A stretch of DNA of 64,000 bases from Bugula neritina (lineage: Eukaryota > Animalia > Bryozoa): NCBI GenBank assembly GCA_964035545.1, contig OZ037765.1, positions 1,674,001-1,738,000 on the forward strand. Direction: 5' to 3'. This document shows positions 28,801-37,800 of this stretch, in pieces. Position numbers and translations under genes: made by a program. The notes beneath the pieces were generated by a model. It did no database searches and had not been told where the DNA came from. It was given only the letters and a program-made list of their open reading frames with translations. How positions within the stretch are numbered: the stretch's first letter is position 1; the number at the start of each line of letters is the position of its first letter.

Positions 28801-31800
28801 AAAATAAATGTTATTGTGGCCTTAGGTTATGTATTGCTGGGATTGGTTATAAAATCTGCGTTTACAATTTTTGTACTTGGCAAATGTTACCTTGATACAA
28901 GAAAACAATAATAACCCATTTTTCTGTTTTTTTTATTTCTCATAACAAATATAATTCTTCACTTACTGATAGTCCTTTACTATTAGCATTCTTGTTTTTA
29001 TATAATGGCGGTGTATTTTTCACTCTATCCTTTATTGTGACATGACGTATTTCTTGTGACATGACGTATTTCTTGTGACATGACGTATTTCCTGTGACAT
29101 GACGTATTGTACAACTATCTGCAGGGAGAAAAGTTAAGAGTGAACCTTCTAGAAAGATACTACGGCAAACAGAAGAAAGACTCCAAGAAGGATGCGAGGC
29201 CAAAGTTTAACGTAGCGTCTATCCACGCCACCCCGACACATGGACCCGGCTCGCAGATGCTGAAACGAGCCGCCACCACCTTAGCTCAAGTTCAGGTGAC
29301 ATAACTCTCTCAGTTTGTTGTTGGAGACTTTAGCATTAAAGTTTAACTTATTTTGTCAAGACTTCATCACAACTATAATTGTGTAGTGTAGAGGTCATTG
29401 TTACCTGGTAGGAGTCTGCAATCACTTCAGTTATGCGATACTTCAACAGGTCATGCATTTTCCTATTGATTTAGTATAGTCTTTACTTTTGTGTTGTGCA
29501 GCCATCTTTTACTATACATAGTATTTGCGAACCCGCATTTTACATTTTTTAACTGAAGTGTTTGTACGTTTTTAAACATGCTTGTTAGCTTCATGTTTTG
29601 CAAGCTTCTTGTACACATACAGCAGCTGGTCAACTTGTGACAGGGGTATATCTAGGCTATAACACTCCTTACGTGAGACTCTGTATATCTAGATGATGAT
29701 TTTTACCTTGTAGTGTCACCTTGACGGTCACGGAGCCTCCAACCTGGTGGTCGACCTTATAATGACTAACGCTAATCATGATGTCTTTCTGGAGACTGTT
29801 GAACTGGGTATTGCTCTTCTAGAGGGAGGCAACAGTGTGACACAGGTGAGTGACAGTGTGTGACATAGGTGAGTGACAGTGTGTGACACAGGTAAATTGT
29901 AGTGTGACACATGTGAGTGGTAGTGTGACACAGGTGTGTGACAGTGTGTGACAGGTGAATGGCAGTGTGACACAGGTGAGTGACAGTGTGTGACAGGTGA
30001 GTGGTATATTATAGTTATTTAAATTGTCTTGTTAGTATCTAGAAACTCTCATTCATAGTTGTGGTAAAAAATAATTCAATTCAATTAGTTTAATTCAATA
30101 AACTTTTCAGACACGTCGGGTTCTTTGTTTAAACCTTAGGAGTCTCTTTCATATTATAGGTCACATATTATAGGTCATATATTATAGGTCACATATTATA
30201 GGTCACATATTATAGGTCACATTTTATAGGTCATATATTATAGGTCATAGAATATAGGCCATAGAATATAGGTCATATAATATATGTCATGTATTATATA
30301 TCTTCTGTCTAACTTGTAGAAATCCCTATTTGTGCGGCTGACAACAGATCGAAGCTCTGAGAAGTTTTTCAAAGTGTTTTATGACCGAATGACTAACGCC
30401 CAGAATGAGATAAAGTCCACAGTTATTCCAAACACAGGCGACGTGATGAGCAGGTCTACCTGGGCTAAGAATGGTCCTAAACAGCTTGAGTCACATGGTA
30501 CGTCACGAACCTTTAGCTTGAGTCACATAGGAGATCTTTACCTTCTCATTATAATACATGTGTTCTTCTGGTGTACATATCTTTAGGGTAAATAGATTTA
30601 GTCCCAAACTTTCTAATGGCAAGAAAGTTTAGGATGGTAAAACTTATACAACAATAAGGCCTGCTGCTAATAATTATGGATTGAATCAAAGTTATTATGT
30701 TGTGCTACCTTTTTTAAAATGAGTTGTATTCAATTTCTAGCTAAAATACATTCACCATCTGATTGGGCTTCAGCATTCTTATTCTAAGCTAATTTGTTTA
30801 AAATAAATAGTTGTGAAACTTGAGACAACAGATGTATAATCTGTTAGCCCAGGTGGTAGCATACAAGTGTTGAGTGATTTCATAGTCTGAGTTGCAACTT
30901 GCAGGTGTGAATGGCCACGTACACTCTCACGTCAGCGAAGATATCAAAGAGGAGCTGAACGCCGCAGCCAATGAAACTAAGAAGGTATGTAAGCGTATCG
31001 TATAGTATATATAATATCTCATATTATATTATATATACTATCTCATATTATATACAAATGATGCTGTATCTAGGACTAGTATTACAACATGTCTACTTAC
31101 CACCAGGTCATGCAGGATCTCCAAATCTCTTCAGCGCAGACCGAGAAAGGCGCCGAGCCCCCGGTCCAGGTGGTGGCTAGCCCAGAAGTCGGACGGCACA
31201 GAGGCAAGCCCGATGAGGTGGAGATGCCTCCCGTAGTGTCCATTATGGAACCCATACTAAGGTTCTTGCAGCTCCTCTGTGAAAACCACAACCGCGAGCT
31301 TCAGGTAGAAACCTGTCTCTGTCGTTATCTCATTATTAGTTTGTTCTTCTGGATTACATGGATTATTGTTTTTTTTTGGAAATTTCTATCTAGGCTCTAT
31401 TATGCCTTCAGACTTTAGTCTCCACTTTCGAACTTTCTAGTATATGATTGGCTGAAACTGCCCAGTGTTTTTCTTTCCCTGACACAATTGTTACACACTT
31501 GTCAGCCATATTGGAAATGGGTTTTTATAACCGTCTGTAGAATTATCTGAGATGCCAGAACAACAAGACCAACTACAACCTGGTGTGTGAGACGTTGCGC
31601 TTTCTAGACTGTATTTGTGGCAGTACAACGGGGGGACTCGGCCTTCTTGGCTTATACATCAATGAGCAGAATGTTGGGCTGATAAATCAGACTTTACAAA
31701 CACTGACTGAGTACTGCCAGGGGCCCTGTCAGGCTAATCAGGTGTGTGTCTTTATATCACGGAGTTATCTTTCCTTGGAGGGTGCACAGGCACTATTTAG

Positions 31801-34800
31801 CTAGTGTTAATACTGTTGAATTTACTCCTATTTACAGTGTACTTTAGTTATTGACTGTATATAATTTCTGAATTGTTTTATGTATTTTCTACTGCCTCTT
31901 GAGTGACCGTAAAAAGTTATATAAATATCTCTCACTGATTCTGAATGTGTTGATACAAAATATGTTGACATCCTTTATATTACAAGTTTTGAGTAAAATC
32001 TCCTTTGTTGTAGAATGCGATAGCAATACATGAGAGTAATGGAATTGACATCATCATAGCCCTTGTTCTGAATAACATCAACCCGCTGGGTGAACACAGA
32101 ATGGATCTGGTTCTGGAACTGAAGGTAGGCTGTCTGTCGTGCAGAATCTTAGTGTGTAATGTCTTTACAGCCTGGAATTTGAAATCAAAGTGTCTGATGG
32201 AAGCACTTGCTAGCTCACTCTCTTGTTTACTATGTTTTGTTTCTGTTTTGTTGTAATATATGATGTAAAATGTTGTATAGTTTTACTTCTAACAGCTTTG
32301 TCTTAATTTTAAAATCTGGGATATTTGTTAACTATATTTTATTGTATATTTATAATTACAAACTTTATAAAGCTTTGTTTTGTCATAGTTGATTCCTCTG
32401 TTGGCTTTACTAAATAATAGCTGACTTCTTTTTTACCAATTTTAGAACAATGCATCAAAACTGCTGCTTGCTATAATGGAAAGTCGTCACGACAGCGAGA
32501 ACGCTGAGAGAATACTTGACATTATGAGCCCCAAACTGCTGGTCAGTTTACCTCACAGCTCTTTTAATAGCGTTTCTGTTTAATGGAATATTTTTCATAT
32601 TTAATTGATTAATTCTAGAGCTCTTTGTTTCTATATATGTGACTTATTTTACATTTTCTTTGATCGATTTTTAATTTATTTGTTCAGTCACCAAGTACAC
32701 ATTATTTAGTCAACTTGGACAGTTGTCTGTGTTATTGCAGGTTGAGGTGACGAAGAACGCCTATCACCAGGGTAACCTCCTAGACGGTGGTGACACGCAG
32801 AGAGATGCAGAGAACTCATCTAAAGAAGTCGGCCACAACATCTATATTCTCGCTCACCAGTTGGCGCAGCACAACCTGGAGCTGGCTGAGCTCTTGCGCT
32901 CAAAACAGAACACCGATGAAGCTCTTATATACTATGCTAAACATACAGCACAAATAGAGGTGAGCTGGTCTTGTGTTTATATACTATGCTAAACTTACCG
33001 CAGAGATAGAGGTGAGACGGTCTTATGTTTATATACTATGCTAAGCATACAGCAGAGATAGAGGTGAGACGGTGATATTAAGGGTATTACAAAAGGAGTT
33101 GGAATAGTTAAAAACTACGTTATATTGGGTAGGGAATATATCTGGTGATAGTAACCATTCTTATGTGTTACTTGACTGTGTGGTGCATGGAAATATTAGA
33201 AGTGTCTGTGCTGGTCACTACAATGTGCCTAGCAACTTTGCATATTATTAGCAAAGTATAGTATTTGTTAATATTATACAGTCTCAGTTTAATCAGCGAG
33301 GAGGTATTATATAGCAAACTGCAGAAAGTTTTCGTCACATGACCTGCTGGTTGTTTCTCTGCAGATTGTTAGAGGGGATCGTACTCTGGAGCCAATAGTT
33401 TTCCCGATCCCCGAGATCTGCGAGTACCTGACGCCAGGAACTAAGGCCAAGGTCTACGCCACGGCTGAGCGGGACGAGCAAGGCAGCAAAGTCGCTGACT
33501 TCTTCGACAGATACGAGGACATGTTTGCGGAGATGAGCTGGCAGAAGAAACTGCGGACAACTCCGTACTTGTGTAAAGCTGCCCAGCACATGGGACTGTG
33601 GAGCACAATCTCGTTCAACTTTGCCGTTCTCATCAACATCTTAGTCGCAGTTCTTTACCCTTTCAGCGAGGAGAGGGAGGAATGTAAGCCCTCCCCTACC
33701 AAGTTGTTATACATACATAAATATGCTGTCAATACTCTAAAACCTTCTAGACTTGACTCGTGTCCCCTATTTTTGCACAAAATTACTTTATGAAAGAAAC
33801 AAAGCCTCTAAGCATGTTCTTTGTTTACATAACGCTCAAAAATGATGAATTAATCACATATCCTGTGCCAACTTTACAGTTTTGAAGCGCAAGTCACGTA
33901 TTTTGTATTTACAGTACAGGAATGGTCGCTGGTGTCGTGGGTTACTCTGTTGCTATCGGCAACCGGTCTCTTCGTTTCAAAGATGTCTCCATTTCTTATA
34001 AAGTTTCTATTTGTGTCTCTGGTAGTGAAGCTCCTTATTCTCATTGGGACTCATCAAACTCTTATATTACTAGGCGCTATGATGGTATGTCTTATATTAC
34101 TAGGCACTATGATGGTATGTCTTATATTACTAGGCACTATGATGGTATGTCTTATATTACTAGGCACTATGATGGTATGTCTTATATTACTAGGCACTAT
34201 GATGGTGTTACACAGTGTTATACAGTATATATTACTCATCAGATTCTTATATTACTCATTAGACTCTGATATCACGCTATGATGGCATATGTGTAAATTA
34301 GTGAGTTACTCTTGTATTTTGAAGGTACTAAACAAGGTCATCTTCATAGCCAGTTTGATGGGTAACAACGGGACGTTTACTAAACCCGTCAGGGTGATAG
34401 TAAATGACGTGGAAACTCTATACCACTTCCTGTTGTTGGGGATTTGTCTTGCGGGGCTCTGTGTACACCCCTTCTTCTACAGTCTGCTGGTAAGTGGTGG
34501 ATACAGAAAGTATAATCTTCATTCATCACAGTCGCTGTCACTTGAATAGGTTTCAGATTTCTAGCATGCACGGTCATTATTACTCATAGTAGCAGTTGCT
34601 GATAGTCATGATCAGTCATAGTATCAGTCACTCATTGTTGTTAGTCATAGTCAAAGTACTAGCAGCTACTCATTGTATTTATAATATTCTTTAACATTTA
34701 GTACTTTTGCCATTTGTCAGTTCCATTGCCATTTGCCAGTTGTATTGCCAGTTGCATTGCTATATGCCATTTGCATTGTCAGTTCCATTGCCATTTGCTT

Positions 34801-37800
34801 GTTGATCTCTTCAGTTGCTGGATGTGATATACTACGAAGAGACCATATTCAACGTCATCCGCTCGGTAACCAAGAACATCCGCTCCATTATCCTCACCAC
34901 CATGCTGGCCGTCATTCTCATCTACCTCTTCTCCATAGTCGGCTTTCTCTTCTTCAGAGACGACTTCCGACTGGAGGTGGATAGCGCCCCCGAGTCTCTC
35001 GCTCTCCCCGAAGAAGGTCCGTAGCTAATCTACTCCGGCTGTTGGCTGGCTGATTATATAACTTCTGGTGTTTGCTCTGATTTAAAAATTAACTACTTAA
35101 ATATCTCTGTTTTATTGAAACTCAGATGTCCAACAGTTTTTGTGTCATCAGAAATCAGATGATGCTTTCAATCTTTTCAACATAAACTTTATTGTGGTAC
35201 TGTTCAAAAAAGGTTTTATATCACAGTACAATTGTCAAATGAAAACCGTATAATGTAGTGAAGTGTGACACAATATGACATGTTGTGACAAAGTGTGACA
35301 CAGTTTGACACAGTATGTCGTATTATGACTTGGTATGGCACATTATGACACATTATGACATAGCTTGACACATTATGACACATGGGGACACAGTGTGACA
35401 TAAACTCTCATCATATTAAATAGTTGTTATGAAGTATATTTTATATTGAAAGACTGCATTACAATCATTTCCTTTATACTTTAATTAAAGGTTTTCTTTG
35501 TAATTCAGAAAGCTGCGCTACTGGGACTAAAGGCGAAGGGCCCGCAGTTCTTTCTTTACCAGGTAAGCAGGAGCTCAGTCTATTCATACAGTAAGATTTT
35601 AGGCTTAGTTCAGACTGTTCTGACTGGCTTGTAAGTTAGTGTATATTAAATGTTCTAAACAGTATTAATGTTGGCATGGTGGTTTTATCTCACATTTAAC
35701 TTACACTATGCATTAATATGTATGTGTGGAAGTTTGAGTTATATTCTGACAGGAAAAAATCACAGGCTTTAAAAATTTAAAACTTCTGTAACTCCAACTG
35801 AAATTTAAACTCAAAGACATTTTGACACTTATTTTGGCATTTTTTGAGACTTGCTGAGTCGAAGGACAAGAATATTGGTTGGATAAATAAACTTTAGAGT
35901 CTAGTTGGGTGAATGTTTCTTATAAATACATGGTTTGAATTTGAATGATGTTATTTTTGAGTCAATCAAATCTTGTTGTATTGTATATTATATTTATAGA
36001 GTTTACCAAACATGATGTATGTTTGGTTCAAATTATATATGTGAACATTAGCTAGAATGTCTGTTAGCCTACTTTACTTACTCTACTATACTTACTCACT
36101 TACTTACTTACTTATCTTCACAGCCAATCCTGTAGAAGAGTCTGAAGGCGGTGAGAAGTACGAGAGGTCATGTGACCGTCTCATCATGTGTATCATCACG
36201 ACCTTGAACCAGGGACTGAGAAATGGAGGCGGTATCGGCGACGTGCTGCGTAAACCGAGTAGTGATGTGAGTGGGACCTCGTCAGTTCTAACTAGCATCC
36301 AATTCTACACTTTACACCTTTATTCATGTTAATCTATGTATTAGTATAGTTTCTAGTAGATTGAAGATGACTTCTTATTACAACTGCGACATTGTTGTAA
36401 TGTTTATTTACATACAACAAATAAGTGTATCATTAAATCTGTTACAGATACTTTTATTCTAACCATGTTTATTTTGTTTCCATTTTGTAGGAGCCGCTGT
36501 TTATGGCTAGGTTTGTCTATGATCTCTTATTCTTCTTCATTGTCATCATCATTGTACTCAACCTCATCTTTGGTGTCATCATTGACACGTTTGCTGACCT
36601 CAGAAGTGAGAAAACACAGAAAGAAGAGATTCTCAAGAACACCTGCTTTATTTGCGGTAAGTCGCTGCCTTGAACTGAGCTGCCAGTTGGTCATGTGACT
36701 ACTCTGTTCTCACAACTTGCTAGTTTCGGCAATAGCTGTAATAATTAGATGTAGTGTGGGAAACCTTATAATAATACAAAGTGTTCTATTTCTTCTCTAT
36801 TTATACTCTATATCCCCTCTATATCCCCTCTATATATATTCTACATCTACTCCATATTTACTCTACAGGGTTGCAGAGGTCCTGTTTCGACAACAAAAGT
36901 ACGAGTTTCGAGGAGCACATCAAAGGCCAACACAACATGTGGCACTACCTCTACTTCATAGTTCTCATCAATGTCAAGGACCCCACCGAGTTTACCGGAC
37001 CCGAGAGCTACGTCTACCAGCTAGTGAAGGTGAGTCACTATGTGTACCAGCTAGTGAAGGTGAGTCACTCTGTCTACCAGCTAGTGAAGGTGAGTCACTA
37101 TGTGTACCAGCTAGTGAAGGTGAGTCACTCTGTGTACCAGCTAGTGGAGGTGAGTCACTCTGTGTACCAGCTAGTGAAGGTGAGTAACTTCTGTCTACCA
37201 GCTACTGAAGGTGAGTAACTTCTGTGTACCACCTAGTGAAGGTAGTTTGTTTGCTGAGGTGCATTACATTGTACAGTAATAATGGGAATGTTTTAATGGT
37301 TCTCAATTAGTTGTTAGAGCAATGTCATGCATTTTTAGGTATGAAGCTATTGAAATAAACATTCTGTCTTATTTGAAGAGTTTTTTCATTTGCCAAATCT
37401 AGTTTATATGTTGATGACGGATTCGTTGAATTGTTCCAATTTTTCAGAATATTAATGTTTCTACTAGCACCACACCCCAGTTACCCATACGGCTGTATGT
37501 TTCAGGATCGTCAGCTGGACTGGTTTCCTAGAATGAGAGCTATGTCCTTGACCCATGACGATGCTGACGGCGAGCAGAACGACATTCGAGTTCTTCAAGG
37601 TCAACTTGAAACCACCAACAGAATAGTCAAGGAGTTGTCTCTACAGCTCTCTGAACTCAAGGATCAGGTAATTCCTGTATTATTAGCAAGTTGGAGATTT
37701 GATGATCTAAATAAAAAAATATATTATATTACAAAAATCTAATCAAACTCATTATGTGTTCGTAGGGCACTTTCGTTCTCCTTTTTCATGCAATTTATTT

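Noticed and set aside
36225-36242. GGGIGD filter as a sign of a ryanodine receptor or a novelty
   Set aside because: Ile at this position is common in invertebrate IP3Rs, and the rest of the protein is clearly IP3R.
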